From positions 1 through 63,414 of the IMG/VR virus record IMGVR_UViG_3300029822_000009: 63,414 nucleotides of DNA; one strand, 5' to 3'. The position numbers were made by a program, and so were the translations under genes. The stretch is from a virus (taxonomy: Duplodnaviria; Caudoviricetes). Below, piece by piece: positions 19,105 to 28,526 of the stretch; position 1 is the stretch's first letter, and each line of letters opens with the position of its first letter. The notes under the pieces are model-generated. The model was given only the letters and a program-made list of their open reading frames with translations, made no database searches and was not told where the DNA came from.

Positions 19105-20252
19105 TAAATATGATTATATTACAAGAAAAAGGAAAAAAACCAAGAAATTATTGGACATATGAAAAATGTAAAGAAGAAGCATTAAAATATAAATCTATTA
19201 CAGAATTTCAAAAAAATAGTAATGGATCATACTACAGTTCATTAAAAAATAATTGGTTAACTGATATTTGTAAACATATGATACAAAAAAGAAAACCAAA
19301 TGGTTATTGGACATATGAAAAATGTAAAGAAGAAGCATTAAAATATAAAACAATTACAGACTTACAAAAAGGAAATATTAGTTGTTATAATATATGTTAT
19401 AAAAATAAATGGATAAATGAATTATGTAATCATATGGTAAGTCCACAAAAACCTAGAAATTATTGGACATTTGAAAAATGTAAAGAAGAATCATTAAAAT
19501 ATGACAATAGGAAAGATTTTAAAAACAAAAGCAAAGGTTGTTATAGTGCTTGTTATAAAAATAATTGGATAGATGAATTATGTAAACATATGATAATTAA
19601 AGGCAATACACACAGAAAATGTATATATTCTTATGAATTTGATGATAATCATGTTTATGTTGGATTAACGTATAATTTAGAAAAAAGACATAATAATCGA
19701 TTAAAATCAAAAACAGATCAAGTTATAAAACATATGAATGAAATAAATTTAATACCTAGAAGAAAACAATTAACAGATTATATAGATGTTAGTGAAGCTA
19801 TAAAAATGGAAGAATATTATGTAAATAAATATAAAAATGATGGTTGGAATATTTTAAATAAGATGAAAACTGGTGGAATTGGAGGAGGTAATAAAATATG
19901 GACATTTGAAAAATGTAAAGAAGAAATATTAAAATATAAAAATAAAAAACAATTAAGAATTAATAACCCGTCAGTATATACAATAATAAAAAATAATAAA
20001 TGGGTAGATATTTTATGTTCACATATGAGTACTATAAGGAAACCAAATGGGTATTGGACATATGAAAAATGTAAAGAAGAATCATTAAAATATGACAATA
20101 GAAAAGATTTTAAAGAAAATAGTTCTAGTGCATATAATACATCATTAAAAAATAATTGGTTAAATGATATTTGTAAACACATGATACAAAAAAGAAAACC
20201 GAAATATAATAAACAAAAAAGTATATAAATATGATTATATTACAAGAAAAAG
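19105..20252. repeat. 27-bp direct repeat (19105-19131 and 20226-20252) flanking the second GIY-YIG gene
   Basis: taaatatgattatattacaagaaaaag twice; both ORFs start MIILQEK. Confidence 0.9.
19110..20228 (+). CDS. GIY-YIG-like endonuclease with five ~52-aa repeats; paralog of 17095..18150
   Basis: CIYSYEFDDNHVYVGLTYNLEKR; same repeat unit. Confidence 0.75.
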   Translation: MIILQEKGKKPRNYWTYEKCKEEALKYKSITEFQKNSNGSYYSSLKNNWLTDICKHMIQKRKPNGYWTYEKCKEEALKYKTITDLQKGNISCYNICYKNKWINELCNHMVSPQKPRNYWTFEKCKEESLKYDNRKDFKNKSKGCYSACYKNNWIDELCKHMIIKGNTHRKCIYSYEFDDNHVYVGLTYNLEKRHNNRLKSKTDQVIKHMNEINLIPRRKQLTDYIDVSEAIKMEEYYVNKYKNDGWNILNKMKTGGIGGGNKIWTFEKCKEEILKYKNKKQLRINNPSVYTIIKNNKWVDILCSHMSTIRKPNGYWTYEKCKEESLKYDNRKDFKENSSSAYNTSLKNNWLNDICKHMIQKRKPKYNKQKSI

Positions 20253-20965
20253 ATAAAAAATTTGAATATTATGTTAGAGCATTAAGAGGTAAATTTGGAA
20301 ATGATCTACCTTCTTTAATACATGAATCAAACAAAGAAATATTCTTAATGAGAAAAAATCCTACTAGTTGGTTTACAGGTTGTCCATTAAATGATATAAA
20401 AGTTGGTAAATTTTATTTAATTAATTACAATTTTAACGGCAATAAGTTGTATTGTCCTATTTTTGCAATAGATTATAGGGTTACAGATAATAATAAGCAT
20501 GTTATATATGCAGTCAATTTAGATTATTTACCTTTTGATTATAAAATGATATATTTTAATAAATTATCAATTGTTTATAGTCAAATTTTTGATAAAAATA
20601 ATGACTCAAATGGAGTTATGGAAGAAACCCCACTACCTGTTAAATTTGAAACAGTTTATAAAACACTTGAAAAAAATGGAGGATATCATTATTCTATATC
20701 GGCATTTGATATTACTAAAATTAATGAATGTTTTGTTGTATCTACAAGTTTGATGTATTTATTAATACATGTTCATATGAGACCTGTTAATATTGCACTT
20801 ATGAAACAATTGATGGAAGAATATCAAGAAGGTAGTGAAACAAAAGAAAAATTAAAAAATTTGCTAAATAATTTAGATGAATCTGTAAAAACATATGAAG
20901 AAGATGTACAATCTTATTATAAAAAATTAAGAAATATAGAAAATAATTATAAATTATTTGAATGA
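20231..20965 (+). CDS. DNA end protector (T4 gp2-like)
   Basis: VGKFYLINY and AVNLDYLP resemble gp2 G..Y...Y and GLNLHYIP; close to the gp4-like gene. Confidence 0.5.
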   Translation: MIILQEKDKKFEYYVRALRGKFGNDLPSLIHESNKEIFLMRKNPTSWFTGCPLNDIKVGKFYLINYNFNGNKLYCPIFAIDYRVTDNNKHVIYAVNLDYLPFDYKMIYFNKLSIVYSQIFDKNNDSNGVMEETPLPVKFETVYKTLEKNGGYHYSISAFDITKINECFVVSTSLMYLLIHVHMRPVNIALMKQLMEEYQEGSETKEKLKNLLNNLDESVKTYEEDVQSYYKKLRNIENNYKLFE

Positions 20966-21634
20966 TTTTATTGAATATCCTTCTTTTAATGGTATTTTTG
21001 GATCTACGTTAAACCTATCATTTATATAAATTTTTAATTCATTTTCAACAAAATAATCTGGTACTTCTTTATCCATTTCCATATTATAAATTTTATCAGC
21101 TAAATAAATTGAGAATTCTTGTAAAACTTCTGGTTTTATTGCTGATACTAAATCATCTGATACTACAAATGCTCTTATAAATCTATCTTTAATTGGTATT
21201 TCACCTTCTGCTACCTTCATTGATTTATCTATTATCTTTTTTAGAAAAGAATTATAATCATTACCAGGATTTGTTATTACAGGATTCAATATTTTATTAA
21301 ATGCTCTTGATGTACCTAATATATAACCTAAAGTTGCGATGATTGGAAAGAATGGAGCTAATAAAATTGGTGCTATTCTATGTACCATTTTTACTGTTCC
21401 TATTTTTAAATCAGACTGTTTTTTAGCTTTTATTGCATCTTTAAAAATAGCATATAATATACCAAATGTAAACTTTTTACCATTTTTCTTTAACTCGTGT
21501 CCTAAATTTCCATTTTTGGCAGCATTTAAATAATATTGGATTTCATTTTTATCCTTTATTCCTAATCTACTTAATGTATATTTTAAATTATCTTCATATT
21601 TTTCTAAAATTAAATATTCATTATATTTTAACAT
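20954..21634 (-). CDS. Hypothetical protein with MLKYNEY leader and a hydrophobic segment
   Basis: ORF track. Confidence 0.65.
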   Translation of the reverse strand: MLKYNEYLILEKYEDNLKYTLSRLGIKDKNEIQYYLNAAKNGNLGHELKKNGKKFTFGILYAIFKDAIKAKKQSDLKIGTVKMVHRIAPILLAPFFPIIATLGYILGTSRAFNKILNPVITNPGNDYNSFLKKIIDKSMKVAEGEIPIKDRFIRAFVVSDDLVSAIKPEVLQEFSIYLADKIYNMEMDKEVPDYFVENELKIYINDRFNVDPKIPLKEGYSIKSFK

Positions 21635-21649
21635 TATTACTATTTATTT

Positions 21650-22003
21650 TTAATATGACGAGTCATGTTGAATAGAATCTTCACGTATAATATCATTAAT
21701 ATGTTCTATTGCATCTTCTAGTGATATCACTTTAACTTTGTGATAATCATTATTTTTAAAGTAGTTATCAAATTCTTCATCTGACATATTTTTATTAATT
21801 TTGCGGTAGTAGTCATAATACAATTTATTTTGTATTTCTGCTAACTTTTCAGCATCTGATTTATTAATAAAAACTGTTCCTATATCTGTACTATAATTTG
21901 TTAATACTACCCATAAATTATTTGATTTTATACCTTTAGAAATAGCATCTTTTTCTTTACTAATAAGGTTATCGATATCATTAAATCTTTTAATTTTTGC
22001 CAT
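21650..22003 (-). CDS. Hypothetical protein
   Basis: ORF track; MAKIKRFND leader. Confidence 0.6.
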   Translation of the reverse strand: MAKIKRFNDIDNLISKEKDAISKGIKSNNLWVVLTNYSTDIGTVFINKSDAEKLAEIQNKLYYDYYRKINKNMSDEEFDNYFKNNDYHKVKVISLEDAIEHINDIIREDSIQHDSSY

Positions 22004-22034
22004 TATGATAAATTATTTTTAAGTATATATAAAA

Positions 22035-22535
22035 TTATTTTCTTTTAATTTTCTTCTGTAAATCTTTAATTTTTACGATTCTCATAATTCTTTTATTTTT
22101 TTTACCATAATTTTTAAAACAAATTGGTCCAATTCCTAATTCAATATTATCTTTAACTGTAAGTGTTCTAGCACAACAGCAACAAATTCCCATATGATAA
22201 AATTCCATATCGGTTGGAAATTCTTTATCGTTTTTAAATTGTTTTAATAACCATTTAATACCAGAAATACAATCATGAACAGCATCAACTTTAACTTTTT
22301 GAGTTCTAATATAATCTATATCATCAATTTTAATAATACCTAAATATTGATAATTACCATCTAGTAACACTGATATATAGTATATTTCATCATTATTTTT
22401 ATCTTTTGGTTTTGTAATTTTATACATGAACCATTTACCAGTTTTATTTGATTTTAGTATAAATTTACCTTTACCACCAAAAAAATATAATTTAATATCT
22501 TCTTTATCTAATATTCTAATTCCTTTATTAATCAT
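22035..22535 (-). CDS. DUF6011-like zinc-binding protein
   Basis: CCCCARTLT....ELGIGPIC; likely start MINKG. Confidence 0.65.
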   Translation of the reverse strand: MINKGIRILDKEDIKLYFFGGKGKFILKSNKTGKWFMYKITKPKDKNNDEIYYISVLLDGNYQYLGIIKIDDIDYIRTQKVKVDAVHDCISGIKWLLKQFKNDKEFPTDMEFYHMGICCCCARTLTVKDNIELGIGPICFKNYGKKNKRIMRIVKIKDLQKKIKRK

Positions 22536-22647
22536 ATCTAAATATTTTAAGTTTGATACAAAAATACTAATTATTTTAATAAAAACCAATTTTTTATAAT
22601 TTGAATTATAATTATTTTATATATAATTCTAAAATTAATAATAATAA

Positions 22648-24414
22648 ATGGCATCATATAGACAACAAAATAATCAAGGTATGTTAGGTGGAACTGGAAT
22701 AAACCAAGGATTTTTTAATAAAATGCTTAGAAAAATAAGTAATTATGGATTATTATATGATATTGACACAGCAAGACAGTCATTTGCAATTGGAGCATCA
22801 GAAAATCCTGAATCATATTCAAATATGGGTAATATTACAGAAGGTCCTTATATGTATGATTTATTTACCAAAAAGATGATATCTAAGATATTAGATAAAA
22901 AATCAATTGCTCAACTAGATAGATCTTATTTTGATAAAAGAAAAATATTAAGACAATATTCAATAAAAGACGAAATAAGAGATTATATTAACCAGATCGC
23001 AGATGAAGTAATTATATTCAATGATAAAAATAAATTTTGTTGGGCTGCTGATTTACCAGATGAATTTGATGATATTATAAGAAAAAAAGTCCATGAAAAT
23101 TTTCAAAAATTATATAATGTATTTGGTTTTAATGATGGTATAACAGCATGGAATCATTTAAAAGATTTATTAATTGATGGATTTATTGCATTTGAAATTG
23201 TATATGATAAAAAACAAAAAAATATAACAGATTTAGTAAAGTTAGATCCATTGACATTAGTACCTGCAGCTGATCCAGAAACTCAAACAATTGTATGGAT
23301 ACAGTATCCTGATAATCCAAGATTAAGAAGAGTACTATTAGATGCACAAGTTGTTTATATATCTTATGGTAATAATCAAGATTATGGGGAGACATCTTAT
23401 GTTGAACCTTTAATAAGACCTTATAATCAATTAAAATTAATAGAACAAACAAAATTACTTTATAATATAAATCAAGCTGCAATTTATAAAAAATTCGTTA
23501 TACCTGTTGGTGGTTTATCGAGACAACAAGCTGAACAACAAATATATCAATTAATGTCTGAATATCATGAAGATATACAATGGGATGATAATTTAGGTAC
23601 AGTAAGTATAAATGGTAGTTCACATATTCCACATAGTAAAGATTTTTGGTTTCCGTCTTCTAATGAAGGAGGAACACCTGAAATTACAATAGAAACACCA
23701 CAAGGTAATGATTTAAATGAAGATCAAATTTTAAATTGGTTTGATAAAAATTTAAAAAAGGCATCAAGAATACCATTTTCTAGATTTGAAAAGGAGTCAG
23801 GTGGTGGTAATTTATATCAAGATGCATCAGAAATGACAAGAGATGAAATAAAATTTCAAAATTTTATTAAAAGAATAAGAACAGTATTTAGAGAATTATT
23901 AATAAAACCTCTTAAAATTCAAATGATGAGAGATTTCCCAGAATTAATGCAAGATTATAATTTTATAAATAATTTAAATGTTATATTTAACTCTAATGAA
24001 TTATTTGAAGAATGGAAATATTTAGCAAATTTAGAAAAAAGATCAAATATCGCATCAACATTATCATCTAATTTACAAAATGCAGAAGGTGAAGGATATT
24101 TATCTTTAGAATGGATTATTAGAAATATTATGAAATTTACCGATAAAGATATTGCAGAAAATGATAAATACAAATTAAAAGAAAAAGGATCACTTAGTGG
24201 AAGAGAAGGTGTTGAAGGTGAAGAAGGAATGGGTGAAGAAGAATTTGGTGGACCTCCATCTGGACCAGGTGCACCATTTTTTGGAGGGAGTGAACCACCA
24301 TCATCAGGTGGAGAATTTGGAGGAGAACCACCCGCACAAGGCGGTGAATTAGGAGGAGAAGCACCTGCACAAGGCGGACAAGCTGAAACAGGAGGAGAAG
24401 AACCTGTTCAATAA
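22648..24414 (+). CDS. Portal protein (T4 gp20-like)
   Basis: EI...INQIADE, IDG..FE, SYVE....PYNQLK.IE, DFWFP, TRDEIKF..FI.RIR..F; Gly/Glu/Pro-rich tail. Confidence 0.9.
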   Translation: MASYRQQNNQGMLGGTGINQGFFNKMLRKISNYGLLYDIDTARQSFAIGASENPESYSNMGNITEGPYMYDLFTKKMISKILDKKSIAQLDRSYFDKRKILRQYSIKDEIRDYINQIADEVIIFNDKNKFCWAADLPDEFDDIIRKKVHENFQKLYNVFGFNDGITAWNHLKDLLIDGFIAFEIVYDKKQKNITDLVKLDPLTLVPAADPETQTIVWIQYPDNPRLRRVLLDAQVVYISYGNNQDYGETSYVEPLIRPYNQLKLIEQTKLLYNINQAAIYKKFVIPVGGLSRQQAEQQIYQLMSEYHEDIQWDDNLGTVSINGSSHIPHSKDFWFPSSNEGGTPEITIETPQGNDLNEDQILNWFDKNLKKASRIPFSRFEKESGGGNLYQDASEMTRDEIKFQNFIKRIRTVFRELLIKPLKIQMMRDFPELMQDYNFINNLNVIFNSNELFEEWKYLANLEKRSNIASTLSSNLQNAEGEGYLSLEWIIRNIMKFTDKDIAENDKYKLKEKGSLSGREGVEGEEGMGEEEFGGPPSGPGAPFFGGSEPPSSGGEFGGEPPAQGGELGGEAPAQGGQAETGGEEPVQ

Positions 24415-24472
24415 ATTTTAAAAAAATGAGTTTTATATTTTAATATATAAATAAAAATTAAAAATACTTGAT

Positions 24473-24640
24473 ATGACAGATATTACTAATATAGAAAAAG
24501 TAAGACAATTATTAAGGCAATTACAGACAATGTTGTTTGATACAACAGTTGAAAAAAAGGATTTATTTACAATTACAACTGAAATGGAAAAATATTTAGA
24601 TAAATCAAGTATTGATTTTAATAAACTAATAAATAAATAA
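24473..24640 (+). CDS. 55-aa hypothetical protein
   Basis: MTDITNIEKVRQLL...KLINK after a late-type promoter; not in the ORF track. Confidence 0.55.
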   Translation: MTDITNIEKVRQLLRQLQTMLFDTTVEKKDLFTITTEMEKYLDKSSIDFNKLINK

Positions 24641-24663
24641 ATAACAAAAAATAATAATTAAAA

Positions 24664-26025
24664 ATGGCAAAAATAATTGATCCAGATGATTTAACACAAG
24701 ATGTTCAGGTTGTATTTCACACTGACACTAAAGAAATAGAATTAATACCAGATGGTGTAACATTTATAGCAGCAGATGGAGTAACATTACAATGTTTATA
24801 TTCTTTTGCTAAGGAAAGATGGAAAGCAGATAGCGAATTAATTAAATATCCATTTCCATTTATTGCAATTACTGCTGAACAGTTTGAAGTAGTGAATGAA
24901 TGGAATTTTTCATCAGGTGGAACTGTTAACTATATAAGAGATGGTGGATGGGCAGTAAAAGATTTAGTTGGTAATTCTATTGAAGAATATATGAATTTAA
25001 CAACACTTGGTTCTTTTGATGATCCAGGTAGTGATACTGCGTATTATCAACAATCTGAAAATGGAGAAGGTATATCTACTGTTTATCCCGGACCTGTTAA
25101 TCAAGCTATAAAAATATTTGGAGATGCGACACATGGTAATTTCGATTATACCACATATTTTAAAATATTTTTAAGAGTTCAAGGTAAATTATATAGTTTC
25201 TATGATCTTATTGATGAACAAAATCTAGCAGAATTAACATATAGAAAATATGCACTACCATTATCAAATACAATTGACTTAAAAATAACAGCCAATGATA
25301 CTGTTATATCTACACAAACACCATATACAAATATGGGTATAACCTATTATAATACTCCACAATCTATAACAATTGGATCAGGTACATATGATTTCTCAAT
25401 TATTATTGATGGTGCTAGTGGAACAGCTGAACAAATATATTCATTTGTTGCTTATCAATTAAGACAACAAGCTGATATAGATGATGGAGTAGGTGTTGTT
25501 AGTGGTTATACTGCTGCTGAATTATTACAATTTGTCGGTGATACATTACAAACACTTTATACAGATAAAGGTGGAGTATATATTGAAAATTTCTTAGCTA
25601 ATGATACAAACAGATTAGTATTTAGAGATGATACTAATGTATCCAGAGTTTATCCATATGTTGCAGCTGGTACAATACTATTTAACGATAACTTGATAAA
25701 CGATACAGATTCTACTTATTGGGTTTTCTTTACTAATGCTAATGGTAATGAATTTGGAACACCAAATGCAATTATTATAAATGATAATGATGGAAATCCA
25801 TTATCTGGATTAACAAATAGTCAATCAAGTATATCATTTTCATATGATTATGAAGGTAATACACAAGGTGGTAGAACTGCAAATACAGATGCTCCTTATA
25901 CAGCAGTTGCAATTGGTTTATCTACTGGTCAATATGTAAAAACAACTGGTACTATAACAAGATCAACTGCAAACGTTATCAACTTTGTGGCTGCTCTTGA
26001 AAGAAACTACTCTAACCCACTATAA
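24664..26025 (+). CDS. Putative virion structural protein
   Basis: Acidic Thr/Gly-rich; N-terminal LYS..KE.W domain shared with 28526..30880. Confidence 0.6.
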   Translation: MAKIIDPDDLTQDVQVVFHTDTKEIELIPDGVTFIAADGVTLQCLYSFAKERWKADSELIKYPFPFIAITAEQFEVVNEWNFSSGGTVNYIRDGGWAVKDLVGNSIEEYMNLTTLGSFDDPGSDTAYYQQSENGEGISTVYPGPVNQAIKIFGDATHGNFDYTTYFKIFLRVQGKLYSFYDLIDEQNLAELTYRKYALPLSNTIDLKITANDTVISTQTPYTNMGITYYNTPQSITIGSGTYDFSIIIDGASGTAEQIYSFVAYQLRQQADIDDGVGVVSGYTAAELLQFVGDTLQTLYTDKGGVYIENFLANDTNRLVFRDDTNVSRVYPYVAAGTILFNDNLINDTDSTYWVFFTNANGNEFGTPNAIIINDNDGNPLSGLTNSQSSISFSYDYEGNTQGGRTANTDAPYTAVAIGLSTGQYVKTTGTITRSTANVINFVAALERNYSNPL

Positions 26026-26045
26026 ATTTAAATTAATTTATAATA

Positions 26046-26076
26046 AAAAGGTGATAAAATTAATTATCACCTTTTT
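26046..26076. terminator. Rho-independent terminator
   Basis: aaaaggtgataa...ttatcaccttttt. Confidence 0.7.
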
Positions 26077-26110
26077 ATTTTTAATATATAAAATAAAAAT
26101 AAATAAAATT

Positions 26111-26596
26111 ATGGTTACTGTAATTTTCCATATGACAGATTGGGAACAATTTCCTGGTAGTGATAATCCTAGAAGCCAAATGAATAATTGGTGTCAGAAC
26201 ATTAAAGCATTTGGTGTTAATAAATTGGTTATGATTGATAAAACTGAATTTAAATTAGGACAATATTATAAACATGATGATCTAGATTTAATATTTGAAA
26301 GATATGATAGTATATCAGATTATTTTATTAATTATCCAATAGAAACAAATAATTATGTTTTTTTAGAATTAAAAACATTCATAAATAATTTTGATTATAT
26401 AAATTATCCATTATCTACTTATAATCATCCAGAAAATGCAATATATGTAGTTGGGCCAGATTTTAGTAGTATTGAACCATTAGATGAATCATCAGGTGAT
26501 TGGGTTTATATTGATACTCCTAATAATATGGCATTATATGCACATGCAGCTATAATGATTACATTATATGATAGAAGTTTAAAAATTAATAATTAA
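26111..26596 (+). CDS. SPOUT (SpoU/TrmH-like) fold protein
   Basis: HPENAIYVVGPD, WVYID, LYAHAAIMITLYDR resemble the SpoU C-terminal knot; ATG at 26111. Confidence 0.5.
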   Translation: MVTVIFHMTDWEQFPGSDNPRSQMNNWCQNIKAFGVNKLVMIDKTEFKLGQYYKHDDLDLIFERYDSISDYFINYPIETNNYVFLELKTFINNFDYINYPLSTYNHPENAIYVVGPDFSSIEPLDESSGDWVYIDTPNNMALYAHAAIMITLYDRSLKINN

Positions 26597-26598
26597 AA

Positions 26599-28161
26599 AT
26601 GGCAGTTTCTATAACAACTGATCTAGTAACATTATATACTGCTAATACTGCATTTGGTGGAGGAACAGTATATACTGGTTTTCAAAGATTTGGAACAGGT
26701 TGTAATGGTTTTCAAGCTAATACTGCAAATACTAATTTTCATAGGTATGGAACTGTAACATCATTTAATTTAGTTGGTAAAAGTATATATTCTTGGATGA
26801 TTGGACCTGCTTCTATTGATACATATGCAAATGGTGGATATAGAATTGTTATTGGTGATGGTACTAATATAAGAGCTTATTTTGTTGGTGGTAGAGATTT
26901 AAAATCTTTCAGTTCACAAGGTTGGTACTGTTTTATATTAAATGGTGATAATTTACCCACAAATTTTACACAAATAGCAGGTGCATCCCAACCAAACTTA
27001 TCAAATTTAACTCAAGTTGGGGTTGGGTTTAGAGCTACAACAAAAGCTACTGGTAACTCACCTAACTGTTTTTATGATGTTGCTAGATATGGAACTGGAC
27101 TGGTTATTGGTGGAGGAACAAGTGCAGATCCAGGTAAATTTTCTGAAATATTATCACAGGATGATTCTATAAATAATGCATGGGGAATAATAGAAAGTTT
27201 AGGGACTGGTATATATGGAGTTCAAGGAAGATTGACATTCGGATCAACTACATCAAGTTCATATTTTGAAGATATTAATTCTACAATCGTATATGAAAAT
27301 AGATTAGTTAGTACATCATTTTATCAATTTAATGTACAAGGATCATCAGCAAATACTAATGTTTTTCAATTAGGTACTAAACTAGGAACAGGTGATAACG
27401 CATCTGGATTAAATGGTTGTACTATACAGTCATCTGATCCCGTATTAAAAATAAATTTTACAGGAACAAATGTAAACAATTTAAATATTTATGGATCAAC
27501 ATTTTATAATTGTAAAGATACTATTGATTTAAGTACAAATAATAATCATGAATTTATAGGAAATACAATAATTAAATCTGGACAAGTAAATGCAAATCAA
27601 ATGTATATAAGAAATTGTTTTTTTAATAATACATATAGTACTGATTCATCATTATTATGGAACAATACAATTGATATAAGAAATTCTAGCTTTATTGGTA
27701 ATAGTGATATAACAAATAATCCTGCTGCAATAGAACATGATTCTACAGGAACATATAACTATTATGATTTATTATTTTTAAATAATGATTATGATGTATT
27801 AAATACAAGCAATGGACAAGTTACTATTAATAGTATAAATACATCTAATCCATCTACTTTTTTAAATCAAGGAACATCAACTACAACTATAAATAATGTT
27901 AGAACTTTTAAATTAACAGGATTAAAAGAAAATACTGAAATTAGATTAATAAGAAAAACTGATAGATTTGAAATTGATGGGATAGAAAATTCAGGAACAG
28001 AATATGAATATCAATATAATTATACAGGTGATATAGAAATATATGTACATATACATAATCTACAATATGAATTTATAAGATTAGAATCAATATTAACTAG
28101 TACTAATACAACTATACCAATACAACAAAATTTTGATAGAAATTATAAAAATCCAGTTTAA
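26599..28161 (+). CDS. Putative virion fibre/spike protein (beta-helix-like)
   Basis: Gly/Thr/Asn-rich; C-terminal DRNYKNP like ERNYSNP of 24664..26025. Confidence 0.55.
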   Translation: MAVSITTDLVTLYTANTAFGGGTVYTGFQRFGTGCNGFQANTANTNFHRYGTVTSFNLVGKSIYSWMIGPASIDTYANGGYRIVIGDGTNIRAYFVGGRDLKSFSSQGWYCFILNGDNLPTNFTQIAGASQPNLSNLTQVGVGFRATTKATGNSPNCFYDVARYGTGLVIGGGTSADPGKFSEILSQDDSINNAWGIIESLGTGIYGVQGRLTFGSTTSSSYFEDINSTIVYENRLVSTSFYQFNVQGSSANTNVFQLGTKLGTGDNASGLNGCTIQSSDPVLKINFTGTNVNNLNIYGSTFYNCKDTIDLSTNNNHEFIGNTIIKSGQVNANQMYIRNCFFNNTYSTDSSLLWNNTIDIRNSSFIGNSDITNNPAAIEHDSTGTYNYYDLLFLNNDYDVLNTSNGQVTINSINTSNPSTFLNQGTSTTTINNVRTFKLTGLKENTEIRLIRKTDRFEIDGIENSGTEYEYQYNYTGDIEIYVHIHNLQYEFIRLESILTSTNTTIPIQQNFDRNYKNPV

Positions 28162-28526
28162 TCCTTATCTATAAACTTTACTGATATACTATAATTGTTA
28201 TGTAAATTATTTAGTAATTCAACTTCTATCTTCTTTTGTATTAATTGAGCTGTTATATTTTTACCCCATTTAAAAGGTTGTTTATCCCAATTTACAAATA
28301 CTTCAATATGATCAACATCTACTCCTTGTTCTTTTAGTTTCTTTAAATCATCATATAGATGTTTATCATCTTTAGGGTGTGGTTCAAATGCAGATACTCC
28401 ACCTTTTTTCTTAACATATATAATATACTGAAAAGTTGGTAATATAAATCCTTTTGTTATAGCAGATATATTTAACCAACCTTTCGTTATTATATTATTG
28501 GTTATATGATTAGATGTTGTATTCAT
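28158..28526 (-). CDS. Hypothetical protein
   Basis: ORF track. Confidence 0.6.
   Translation of the reverse strand: MNTTSNHITNNIITKGWLNISAITKGFILPTFQYIIYVKKKGGVSAFEPHPKDDKHLYDDLKKLKEQGVDVDHIEVFVNWDKQPFKWGKNITAQLIQKKIEVELLNNLHNNYSISVKFIDKD

Noticed and set aside
17095-20228. CRISPR array or DGR template/variable repeats
   Set aside because: Repeats are in-frame coding units with no spacer pattern; no cas or reverse transcriptase gene in the window
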